Shown: positions 50,322 to 60,180, counted from the first letter of the stretch. The stretch is DNA of 64,000 nucleotides from an uncultured delta proteobacterium (GCA_963803975.1 CAWDOY010000001.1:128001-192000), one strand, 5' to 3'. Numbers and translations: made by a program. The notes: a model not told the origin generated them from the letters alone.

Positions 50322-52609
50322 TTAACTTGCCTGCATTATTTCTTTGAGCAGTTTTACCGTCATTTTAGCAGCCTCTTCAGGCTTTGTCGCCTGGTTGGAG
50401 ATGCCGCACACGACTTTCACGATATTGTGGTCGCACTTCTTTTCTGCCCAGACTGTTGCCTTGGGCGCTGCGATATACACGGAGAATGCATTCTGGCCGG
50501 TGCCCGGCCGTTCGCCAATTATATGAATAACAGCTTTGTTCTTATTCGGGTCTGATTTTCCGAACAGAATATCGCCCGCCATGTATACCCGGCCCGCACG
50601 CGGCCGCTGGTACAACAATGTTCTGCTCCCCAACGGTCAGCCTGCATCTTTGAGCTCTTTTCTCACCTCGTAATATATGGCATGAGATGTCCCTGAGCCA
50701 TGATTGAATTGGCGTTTAACCCGTCAGAGATAACAATCTGCACATCAGGATCTTTCCCTGCCCATGAATCCCGCAGCTTTTCAAGGGTTGCCACTGACTG
50801 CTCGTTCAGTTGTTCACCGGTAGTGGGACGGACAATGTAGTTTTCGCGGTCCTTCGACAGGGTAGCAAGCTGAACTGCATTGGGAATGGTCTTTATAAAC
50901 TCCGGGGTAAACTCCGCCCAGATAGCTTTTTTGGCATCAGCGTAGAGTTCACGTATCCTCTTGTCCAGTCCCGGATTCAGATCCCAGATATTTTTACCAT
51001 ATCCGGAGGCCAGAGGTACTTTGTTTCCGGTCTCAAGCCACGTATTATAAATAGCATCAAACTTCTGTTTGCCTTCAGCATATATTTCCTGTTCAGAGCG
51101 CTTGTCGCCTTTAGCTGCGCAGAACTGATAATATACCCAGATGGGATCTCCGAAGTGCTTGGTGGGTTTGCCGTTCTTGTCAATAACCTGGATGCGCTTG
51201 AAGAATTCCCACATGGCATCATTTACCTTGAAGCCGAATTTGTTGCGCAGGCGCACATGGTCCTGGTATGAGGTAGTCAGGTAGCTCAGCATCGGGTCAT
51301 TCCTGGTAGGAAGAGCCATGAGATAGGCCGGGTTTGCCGGCATAATCTGATCCTGGCACCACTGCAAGGTCATCAAGGCTTACTGACATGTGCAGGGTGG
51401 AGCAGATATCAAGGCCGGAAGTGAGCCCCTGCAGTTTGCCCATTAATATATCTTCAAGGCAGCAGCGCACCAGCTGTTCCTTGGTTCTGAACACCTCCGG
51501 GCCGATGAAACCGGCAACATCATTAAAATGAGTATAGGCGCCCTGCGGCTGGACTTCAGCAAGGGTCTGTTTCAGCCCGCGGGCAAACCCGTACTTGCGG
51601 GATTCAAGCACCACCATGTCCACGCCTTCAGCAGCGCCGTTGGTGAAATCAGAGCCCTGGCCGGTCTCGTAATACAGCCCGTATCGTCTGATCCTTGCGG
51701 GCTTTTGCATGATTGACCATCTTTTCAACGGTCACGTCAAACACCTTGTTTGCCGCGTCAGTTCCTGCCAGGCTCTGGAAGAAAAAATCAACCAGTTCCG
51801 GCTTCTCTTTAAAAAGTTCCCCCTGCACGTCAACATGGGATAACACGCACCAGGGAACAATCCCCTTTAATTTGAACGCATCGACAACATCCTTAAGGGC
51901 TGCTTCTACTTTTGCAGTTTGTTCTTTTGTCCCGTCCACCGGGTTAGTCCCGAGCACTAAATCGCCTACCGCGTAGGAGAATCCATTAAGTGTCTGCCAG
52001 ATAATTTCCTCGGGATCATCAGTGGGGGAATTGGGCTGAATGCGGGCGCTCAGATAGCCTTTGGCCCCGATCTTGGTGCCGGGCAGCGGATTGAAGATTT
52101 TCTTGTCTACCGCAATCAGCTCCTGATTGCTCATGAGTTTGGGCATACAGCCAACCACCTCGCTGTTCATGCCGTACATGACTGCCTTGATTTCAGCTTC
52201 AGGCTTGGTCAGGAGATAGGTTTTCATCTTCCCCATGGTCCAGTCCTTAATTTTTTCGTACTGGGCCGAATCAGTTGCTTGGGCGATAAATTTGTAAAGA
52301 TTGTCATTAAGCAGGGGGTGCTCCGTGATATCCTTGATTTTGGTATTAGCTAAAAGCTTACGGGCATTTTCCCTGCTGGTATTATCGTCGGCAGCATACG
52401 CCGATTGCCTGGTCACCCTCTTTAAAGGCATTTGCCGCACCGATTACCTGCTGATACAGTGTCTGGTCAAAAGAACCCTTAACCCGTTCAATATATTTGA
52501 AGACATCTTCACCGGGTTTGACGTCCTTAATGGCGATGGCACTGCTGTACGTGCTGAAAGCAAAAACCCCGAGGGCAATCATCGCTGTGATCGCAATAAA
52601 TCGTTTCAT
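50322..52609 (-). CDS. eutB: Fused ethanolamine ammonia-lyase EutB-EutC with N-terminal Sec-type signal peptide (4-5 frameshifts)
   Basis: EutB motifs AANAFKEGD, SARIQPN, GDLVLGTNP, CVLSHV, FQSLAG, YYETGQGS, GFIGPE, LEDILMGKL, GLDIC, DPMLSYLTT. EutC motifs DRENYIVRP, DVQIVISDGL, IGERPG. ORF 50663-51376 spans the B/C junction with no stop. Confidence 0.9.
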
Positions 52610-52718
52610 ACGCTGATCCCTCCCATATAAAATAGGTTATTCAGGTTGTTTGCGTCCTGCTCGGTAAAACCCAAGACTCAATTTTTATAATTATTTGAGC
52701 ATTTACTTCTTGCGCAAG

Positions 52719-52752
52719 TAAACAACCCCGCCTTTTCAGGCGGGGTTGTTTA
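52719..52752. terminator. Bidirectional terminator between the porin gene and eutBC
   Basis: TAAACAACCCCGCC-ttttca-GGCGGGGTTGTTTA perfect stem. Confidence 0.75.
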
Positions 52753-52789
52753 GCTGTACGCTTCTTTCAAATCATAGTTGTCAGTCAGC

Positions 52790-53615
52790 TCAGAAAGCCA
52801 CTTTAAGAGTAACGCCGCCATAGACCCAGCTGGAATTTGTATTTGAGTCGGGGCCGCGTGTTATAGCATTGAAACTGCTCTGTCTGATATTGGTCTGCGC
52901 TTTATTGCTCATCGGACATGAGTAGTTAATTGACGGCACGATCGTTACAAAGCTGTTGAGCGGGATGTTGTATGCCGCCCAGATGTTGGCGTCGTGCATG
53001 GCCTCGTAGTCGTAACTCGTGCTGTTGATGCTCATGTAGCTGATCCATCCGCCCACATCCAGAGACTGTTCTCCGCAGTAACCGAAGATTTCTCGTTTGC
53101 CCGTGGAAAAAGAGTGGGATACCCCTAAATTAATATACCAGCGGTCTCCGCCCAGGGCTATTTCCCGGTATATGCTGAGGGTCGGCTTGAGCAGCACATC
53201 AAGGCCCAGGGTCGTAAACAGTTCCTGGCTGGCTCTGGTGATACGTGGAGGGATCGATATCGTAATAGATGTAGCCGAAGGTGTAGTTCAGTTTTTTCCA
53301 GCTGTTGCTGTAGGTGAGTATCCAGTCTGTTTCCCACCATTTATTCTGGGAATCTTCCCCCGGGTTCCCCTTATATGCGGTATCAAGATCGCCCCACATA
53401 TTCATGCTGAACCCCTTGTAGGAAACGGTAATGGAGGGGAACATCACCAGGCTGTCCTTGCTCAGTTCATACCCTCTCCACACATACTTTGAATAGAATG
53501 TCCAGGAGAGGTTGCAGGTAGGCCGCTCCTCCTTGTCCTCCTGGGCAAGCACCGCGGTGCTGAACGAAAACACCATGAGGCCAAGCATAATTGTTAGAAG
53601 AATTTTTTTACCCAT
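52790..53615 (-). CDS. Outer-membrane beta-barrel protein, TorF-like putative porin (frameshift near 53225)
   Basis: Signal peptide; SKYVWRGYEL, ETDWILTY, GYIYY; alternating aromatic strands; C-terminal YGGVTLKVAF. Confidence 0.7.
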
Positions 53616-53705
53616 TATGTACTCCTTTCATTTAGTTTTTAAGTTCTAATATCTCGCCAGTTTTCATTACATTTTCATGTGATACCTTCAACCGTACTAT
53701 CAATT

Positions 53706-54158
53706 TTATTCTGCGGCTTCAGGGGCTACAATTCTTGTGCCGCTAAAGAAGAAAAAAATGGGATCCGTGGGAACGCCCTCCCCTTTCAGCAATGCAAGCC
53801 CCACTCCTAACATGGTCTTACCTTCACTAAGTATCGCGCCGGTAAAATACATGGAGAGGCTTGAAGCAGCTATGCCGCCAACTTCCACATCGTAAGCGCT
53901 ATAGGTAGTAAGAAAGTATGTGTTTGGATCCAAGACATACGTGTAATATGATCCTTTGCCAGCCCCAAGCGAAAGCAGGAACACAGTGTCTGTTTGAAAG
54001 GTAGCATCTGCATTGAGGTTTATACCGACTGATGTCATAATCGACAACCGATACACGCTTCCTGTCAGCACTGTTTGAGCGTTTGCGGCTACTGAAGAAA
54101 TGCCGATTAACAGAACCGCGCAAAAGCAAATAGCTAATAGTTTTTGTTTTTTCAACAT
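53706..54158 (-). CDS. Hypothetical secreted beta-rich protein
   Basis: AAGGAGG RBS; signal peptide ending ANA; 150 aa. Confidence 0.6.
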   Translation of the reverse strand: MLKKQKLLAICFCAVLLIGISSVAANAQTVLTGSVYRLSIMTSVGINLNADATFQTDTVFLLSLGAGKGSYYTYVLDPNTYFLTTYSAYDVEVGGIAASSLSMYFTGAILSEGKTMLGVGLALLKGEGVPTDPIFFFFSGTRIVAPEAAE

Positions 54159-54208
54159 AGTGTCCTCCTTTTTGTTTGGTTTGTTAACAGTTCTTTACCC
54201 CTTGTTTT

Positions 54209-54670
54209 TTACTCTACAACTATTGTGCCCGTGAACTCCTTGCCTGCTTCGATTGCTCCCTTCTGCCCCGCGGCTTTCATTTGGGAAGGCCGCGTAACTG
54301 TATACTTGTATGTTCCCCTTTCAATAAAGCAGATGCTTGCCACCGCACCGAATTTAACCTTTTTGGCAATAAAAGCGCCCTTTGAATCCTTGTTGAAATT
54401 GACCGGGTTCTCGCAGGCAGTGGTTATCTCTTTATCGGGAAATATTATTGACACCGGTGCCATGGCTTCGTTGAGCCAGATTACCGTGGTCCCGAGATTG
54501 ACCTTCAGGGTTTCAGGACTAATGCCGTTGGGATAGTTAACCTTGATGACCTGGTGCCCCGCAAGTGTCTTTTCCTGGGCTGCGCCTTCCTCTTTTGCCA
54601 TGGCAGTATTGAAAGGAATCAGGATTAAACCAATACAGGCAACTAATAATAAAACCTTTATTACTTTCAT
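54209..54670 (-). CDS. Secreted cupredoxin-fold-like protein lacking the type-1 Cu motif
   Basis: GGAGG RBS; signal ending AMA; SPETLKVNLGTTVIWLN..F.ERGTYKY..GTIVVE. Confidence 0.65.
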   Translation of the reverse strand: MKVIKVLLLVACIGLILIPFNTAMAKEEGAAQEKTLAGHQVIKVNYPNGISPETLKVNLGTTVIWLNEAMAPVSIIFPDKEITTACENPVNFNKDSKGAFIAKKVKFGAVASICFIERGTYKYTVTRPSQMKAAGQKGAIEAGKEFTGTIVVE

Positions 54671-55200
54671 AGATACCTCCGTGCTGATTATTTTGTTTTT
54701 GAGCTGCAAGAAAAACTTCCCCTATATAGCGTCTCTTTTAAAAAGAGTTATAAAAATTATGTTGTTCGGAAAAAAACAAGATGCCGCCGTTAGTACTTTA
54801 TAGTAGCTGTAACAGCTCAGTATAAATAGTAGAGCAGCATCCTATAGCAGACGCAATCTTTGTCTCCTCAGTTAATAACCATGATGGTTTTGCCAACCAT
54901 CCCCAACCCCCTGTTGCCGGAGGATTAATTTATTAAGTTTAACTAAACACCTTGATTTTATAATGTCAAGCGTTTTTTTTATTAAATAATATAATATTTC
55001 CGCTCTACTTGTAGCCCTACGATAAGAGTTTTCAAGAAAAAATTAATTTTATATTTATAGTAATATTAATTTATTTTGCAAATAATGTTTATTGCACGGG
55101 TGATATTTAATTGACTGTTAAGGACTTTTGATATAAGGGTACACATAATTATAATGTACCGGGTGGTGTGCAGAGAACAACTTTTTACAGGGGGTCTTGC

Positions 55201-56031
55201 ATGAAGAAGAAAATGAACAAGGCCGGAGGTGCGGCAATAGTAATTGCATTAGTATGTATTGCGGGATGCTCATTCATCGAGTTGCGCTCGCCCGTAGTTA
55301 TCCATACCGGGCAGAAAGCCGGCGGCGAAGCACCAGCAGCCTCTGTTCAGACTGACACAACAGCCCTGGAACCATCACCCTCTGCAGAGGTTACGGGTGA
55401 GAGCACCTCTCCGGCAGGCATCCAGGTTTTAACTGATCAGGATCTCAGCCAGCGCCGGTATTCGTCACTTGGCCGCATTACGGTTACAAGCCCGGACAAG
55501 AAAGGGTTCACCAGCGAACAGGCAGAGAAGGATCTGAAGATAATGGCCTTCAAGCGCTTCGGCGCCCTTGCCCAGGGGATTGCTAAAATTGAATACCAGG
55601 AGAAGTCCGGGCTGTTTTCTGCAGGACAAAACATCTATCGTGAAGCATCAGCAGAGGTGATGACCATGGCAACCGCGGGGGAGGCTGCTCAAGCAGGGGA
55701 ACAGGCCTCAGTGCAAAGCGGCGGCACCATCCCTTCCCTTGAAAATATTGTTGTTGTTTCCTCTGATGAACTTTTTAACCGCAATTTCAAAGTGCTGGGC
55801 AAAGTAACGGTGCGTGACGCAACCCCCGAGGGCATGAGTGAAGAACAGGCGGTTAAATCCCTGAAAATCGAGGCCTACCGCCTTTTCGGCTCACGGGCAA
55901 AGGGACTGAGCAGTCTCAAGCTGAAAAAAGAATATCCCATCTATTTTTATAAAAAGCCGCAATACAGCCCGCCACCGCAAGTGGCCAAGGGCTATAATAA
56001 AGCAACCGCGGAAGTTTTGTACTGGCCTTGA
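55201..56031 (+). CDS. Hypothetical lipoprotein with two tandem internal repeats (YbjQ/RcsF-like)
   Basis: Lipobox IAGC; repeats RRYSSLGRITV..AEKDLKIMAFKRFG and RNFKVLGKVTV..AVKSLKIEAYRLFG. Confidence 0.6.
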   Translation: MKKKMNKAGGAAIVIALVCIAGCSFIELRSPVVIHTGQKAGGEAPAASVQTDTTALEPSPSAEVTGESTSPAGIQVLTDQDLSQRRYSSLGRITVTSPDKKGFTSEQAEKDLKIMAFKRFGALAQGIAKIEYQEKSGLFSAGQNIYREASAEVMTMATAGEAAQAGEQASVQSGGTIPSLENIVVVSSDELFNRNFKVLGKVTVRDATPEGMSEEQAVKSLKIEAYRLFGSRAKGLSSLKLKKEYPIYFYKKPQYSPPPQVAKGYNKATAEVLYWP

Positions 56032-56037
56032 TGTTTT

Positions 56038-56433
56038 ATGATTACAAAGCTGCTGACCGGCGCTATTATCATATGCCTTTTTTTCAGCTGCTGCCGTTTT
56101 ACCAGACCCGCTAAAATCAACACAGGCCCGGAGTTCATAACCTTTGAAGCTGACCTCGGGCCTGTTCTTTTTTACCACCGCAAACACCAGCGCTCTCTGA
56201 AACAGAACTGCGTCCAGTGCCACCATAAGGGCAGCGAAAAGACCCCTGCCTGCCGGAGCTGCCATAAAAAGAAGCAAGATACTGCTGAAGAAGACCCGAT
56301 CTGCTTTTTTGACGTCACGATGAACCTGTGCCGCGGGTGTCATCAGCGGGAGCGCGACCAGGAGACCTCAAAAAAAGCCCCCATCCACTGCAACGAGTGC
56401 CACGACACGAAAAAAATAAAGTGGTCAAAGTAA
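56038..56433 (+). CDS. Tetrahaem cytochrome c3-family protein
   Basis: GPVLFYHRKH; four CxxCH motifs (CVQCH, CRSCH, CRGCH, CNECH); N-terminal export signal. Confidence 0.85.
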   Translation: MITKLLTGAIIICLFFSCCRFTRPAKINTGPEFITFEADLGPVLFYHRKHQRSLKQNCVQCHHKGSEKTPACRSCHKKKQDTAEEDPICFFDVTMNLCRGCHQRERDQETSKKAPIHCNECHDTKKIKWSK

Positions 56434-56643
56434 GCAACTTTTCATTGCTGAGAACTCGCCACTCCATAAGTGACTCGTGACCCGTGGCCCGTGACCCGTA
56501 CTCATCACTCAGCACTTATCTTCTGCCTGCCCCGAGCGCAGTCGACGGGGTGTCTTTTCCCTGTACGCAAAATTATCAGCGGTTTTATTTGCTTACACGC
56601 AAAACTTCTTGACGCCTGTTTGCCCCCTGATATATAACAAATT

Positions 56644-57816
56644 ATGATAAAAAATCGCTATCTGAACGAGATTATTGTAGAAGATCTGGCGGACAAGATG
56701 GTTTTTGTCGGCGGCCCCCGGCAGGTCGGTAAAACAACCCTGTCAACGGATATCGTATCCCGGCACTTTAAAAGCTATGGCTATTTCAACTGGGATAACC
56801 GGCACGACCGGAAGAAAATAATGGCTTCGGAGTGGCCGGGTGATGCCGAGTTGCTGATTCTTGATGAAATCCATAAATATAAAAAATGGAAGACCCTGTT
56901 AAAAGGCGAGTATGACAAGCTTAAGCATACCTATAAGTTTCTGGTAACCGGCAGTTCGAGACTTGATATATACCGCAGGGGAGGCGATTCCCTGCAGGGC
57001 CGCTATCATTATTTCCGCCTGCATCCGTTTACTCTGGCTGAAATTCTTGAGAAAAAAAACCGGCTGCAGCCGTTTTCAGAGATTGTCATCGGGAATGACG
57101 ATCATGCAGCAGAGCTTGAGGGGCTTATGCGCTTTGGCGGGTTCCCGGAGCCGCTTTTTAAACAGAACACGCGCTTTTTGCGCCGCTGGCATAATGAGAA
57201 GAATGAACGGCTGTTCCGTGAAGACATCCAGGACATGGCGCTGATACGTGACCTGTCGAACATGAAATTGCTGAGCGACCTGCTGCCGAACAAGGTCGGC
57301 TCGCTGCTGTCGATAAATGCCATCCGTGAAGACCTTGAGGTAAGCCACCGCGCAGCCGCCAGCTGGCTTGATGTGCTGGAATCGTTTCATTATCATTTCA
57401 GGATATATCCTTTTGCCGGAAGGACCATCCGTTCGATAAAAAAGGAGCCGAAGCTGTATCTGTGGGACTGGTCTGAAGTCGAAGATGAATCTGCCCGCTT
57501 TGAAAATCTCATCGCGTCCCATCTGCTGAAACTGGTGCACTTCCTTCATGATTATGAGGGATGGAAGGCCGGGCTTTATTTTTTAAGAAATGTTGATAAA
57601 AAAGAGGTGGACTTTCTGGTGACGGTCAATGAGAAACCCTGGTTTGCCGTGGAAGTCAAACGCGCCGACCGCACTATTGCAACTCCGCTCTATTATTTTA
57701 AAGAAAAACTAAAGATTCCATATGTATATCAGGTCATCTCCCTTTCCGGCATTGATACTCTGAAAAACGGCGTGCGCCTGGTTTCTGCAGGCCGGTTTTT
57801 ATCCGCGCTTCTATGA
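56644..57816 (+). CDS. AAA_14/DUF4143 ATP-binding protein
   Basis: GPRQVGKTT, LDEIHK, VTGSS, GDSLQGR, GGFPE, KKEPKLYLWD, EVDF..VEVK. Confidence 0.88.
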   Translation: MIKNRYLNEIIVEDLADKMVFVGGPRQVGKTTLSTDIVSRHFKSYGYFNWDNRHDRKKIMASEWPGDAELLILDEIHKYKKWKTLLKGEYDKLKHTYKFLVTGSSRLDIYRRGGDSLQGRYHYFRLHPFTLAEILEKKNRLQPFSEIVIGNDDHAAELEGLMRFGGFPEPLFKQNTRFLRRWHNEKNERLFREDIQDMALIRDLSNMKLLSDLLPNKVGSLLSINAIREDLEVSHRAAASWLDVLESFHYHFRIYPFAGRTIRSIKKEPKLYLWDWSEVEDESARFENLIASHLLKLVHFLHDYEGWKAGLYFLRNVDKKEVDFLVTVNEKPWFAVEVKRADRTIATPLYYFKEKLKIPYVYQVISLSGIDTLKNGVRLVSAGRFLSALL

Positions 57817-57819
57817 TAT

Positions 57820-58145
57820 CTCCGCCTCCCTATCCACGCACCCCGATTCCCCAATTCCCAAATACGCCTTCCACTTTTCACCTTTCACGTTTCACATTCT
57901 TCGTTTTTCAATCTGGAATCTCAAATCTGAAATCTGCAATTTTCTACACCTATTCACCCATTCACCGACTCACCAAATTTCTCTCATCACTCGTTACTCA
58001 GCCCGTCCTCCGCAGTAGCCTGCTACGAAGGGTGGACAGAGTTCACTGTGATTTTTCTATTGCCACTTGCCTATTGCCTGACGCCTTTCGCCTCTCGCCT
58101 TTTCCGTGTCACGTGTCACGTATTCGATTCCGCAATCCGAAACCG
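57820..58145. repeat. Mosaic of short 7-8-bp tandem repeats plus a GC palindrome
   Basis: Successive runs of TTTCACN, AATCTNN, ATTCACC, TTGCCNN, CGCCTNT and ACGTGTC units, and GTCCTCCGCAGTAGCCTGCTACGAAGGGTGGAC. Confidence 0.65.
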
Positions 58146-58246
58146 GGAAATGCTTTTGACAATAGCGGCACTTTATGGTGTATAGGAATTGGTATGTTCG
58201 CTAGTGCTGCTGACGGGTGTATCATCTGCTTAGAGAGCTGATACTA

Positions 58247-59111
58247 ATGGAAGAAAATGGCATTCTGCAGACATTTCGTGCGATTCGTAAATACAGCCGC
58301 TGGTTTGCTGCATTCTGGTTTATAGTCGCCGGCAGCATGCTGCTAAAGGGCATTGTTGATATTTTCAGTGATCCGGGTAATGCCGATTCGTGGTTTTCAT
58401 TACTGGCAGTCATAGGCATTTTCGCGCCTGCCTATGTTTTCTGGAAAACGCCGGACTGGATGATCAGCAGGTTACAGGCTCAGCTGTCACAGGCCATGCA
58501 GGATCCTGCTAAAGAAATACAGGTGAAAAAGGCTGAGGCCGGTCCGGCACTGTTTGAACATATTGAAATCAGCAATAAAAATGCAAAAGAGAAATTCGTC
58601 CAGGAGGATCAATACGGACGGGTAATTTTTGACAGCACCACGCGCCCCATACGCCTTATTTTTGGCGGCTCTTTTCTGCTAATAGGCTTGATCATCGGCG
58701 GATTAATATTTACCTTCTCAAACGATACCGGATTCTTTGAATACATCTTTGTGGGCGGATGGGTACTGTTTTGCCTGATCACCATGGGCTATGTGTATGA
58801 AGTAACCATCGATAAAAGTACCGGGCACTGCTGAGCGCAAAGCGGGCTGGTTTTTTATTGTTTTCAGGCAGCAGTTTTACCTGATGGATTTTTCGCAGGT
58901 AGCGGTGGAAAGCGCATTCTACCGGCAGCGTCATGACACCCTGAGAGACCAGTATCGCTCTGAAGACCCTACATTCAGAGTAAATCTCTGCGGCAAAAAA
59001 GAACTCAATGTGCGGGTGTTCAGCTATCTCACCGATGCCCGCAGCATGGCACAAGAGCTTGCCGCATATTTACAATTACCCCTGGAAGAGAAGACTGATA
59101 TACGGGTTTAG
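58247..59111 (+). CDS. Hypothetical membrane protein (frameshift near 58830)
   Basis: ORFs 58217-58834 and 58884-59111; four TM segments. Confidence 0.5.
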
Positions 59112-59158
59112 CTGCTCTGCAGAACAGGTAACAGTATTTTAAAAGGAGGCATGGTTTT

Positions 59159-59764
59159 ATGCTGAAAAAATGGATGTATCTTTGGCTGATAGTGCTGCTC
59201 ATCTCTGTTGCCGCGCGGGAAAGCGCAGCCGGGGAGAAACTCATTCCTTTTGAGGATGCGGGCACGTGGGGCTATAAAAATGCCTCCGGCCAGGTGCTCA
59301 TTAAACCGCGCTTCAACATGGCGAAGGCTTTTTCTCCTGAGGGGATTGCAGCAGTTGTGGATGAGACGGGCTGGGCCTATATAAATGAAAAGGGTGAAAC
59401 GGTCATCAGGCCTTTTGTCGTTGATAATGGACCTGATTATTTCAAGGAAGGATTGGCCAGATTTAGAACTGATAACAAGTTTGGTTTCTTTGACCGCAGG
59501 GGTAAGATCATTATCAGCGCCCAGTTTGACTTTGCCTTTCCCTTTCACGAAGGACTGGCGGCTGTTTGTGCGGGATGTAATGAAGAACCAGAAGGTGAAT
59601 ATCATTCTGTGAAAGGCGGAACGTGGGGATATATCAATAAGCAGGGAAAAATTGTCATTCCAGCCCGATTTGAGGAGGCAGGGAATTTCGAGAAAGGGAA
59701 GGCAGCGGTAAAAGTTAAGAGTAAAAAGGTATTCGTTGATAAAAAAGGAAATATTATCAGATAG
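59159..59764 (+). CDS. WG-repeat (KWG) secreted protein
   Basis: Signal peptide; repeated WGY/FGF-I---G---I-P-F-----F-EGLA units. Confidence 0.88.
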   Translation: MLKKWMYLWLIVLLISVAARESAAGEKLIPFEDAGTWGYKNASGQVLIKPRFNMAKAFSPEGIAAVVDETGWAYINEKGETVIRPFVVDNGPDYFKEGLARFRTDNKFGFFDRRGKIIISAQFDFAFPFHEGLAAVCAGCNEEPEGEYHSVKGGTWGYINKQGKIVIPARFEEAGNFEKGKAAVKVKSKKVFVDKKGNIIR

Positions 59765-59914
59765 CGTATGCGATAGTCTGTACAAACCAACGCAAAAGTT
59801 CCGACCCTGAACTCTCTCGCCTGGTGCCTTTTCTTCCTTCGGGTCACGGGTCACGTGCCACGAGTCGCGTATTTCAATATCTATTGACACCGTCAAACTA
59901 ATGGAGTATTAATT

Positions 59915-60085
59915 TTAACATAAAGGTACCTGCTATGGTTTAAAAGGGAAGATGGTGAGAATCCATCATGGTCCCGCCGCTGTGATCGGGGACGAAATCC
60001 ACGTAATGCCACTGTCCTGAGATGAATCGGGATGGGAAGGTTTGGAGAGTAGGATGATCCGAAAGTCAGAAGACCTGCCTTTATG
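59915..60085 (+). promoter_or_regulatory. Cobalamin (AdoCbl) riboswitch
   Basis: AGGT..TAAAAGGGAA-GATGGTGAGAATCCATC-..CCCGCCGCTGTGA..GCCACTG..GGGAAGG..AAGTCAGAAGACCTGCC B12-box; TTGACA at 59884; upstream of cobU. Confidence 0.95.
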
Positions 60086-60138
60086 ATAGCAGTCGCGGAA
60101 CTCGATCCTTGCATAAAAGGGTGAAGTAAACTGGGTGC

Positions 60139-60180
60139 AACCCTCAGGCTGTAGTTATGACCTGAGGGTTTTTGTTTTTT
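60139..60180 (+). terminator. Riboswitch expression-platform terminator
   Basis: AACCCTCAGG..CCTGAGGGTT-TTTGTTTTTT. Confidence 0.8.

Noticed and set aside
54845..54900. c-di-GMP-I riboswitch (GGCAAAACC..GACAAAG on the minus strand)
   Set aside because: Lacks the GNRA loop/receptor and proper P1; kept only as an unassigned leader.
57820..58145. CRISPR array, or the 142-aa ORF 57813-58241
   Set aside because: No constant 25-40-bp repeat with spacers and no cas genes; the ORF is translated simple repeats.
59108..59896. 262-aa minus-strand ORF
   Set aside because: Antisense to the WG-repeat gene; no independent features.
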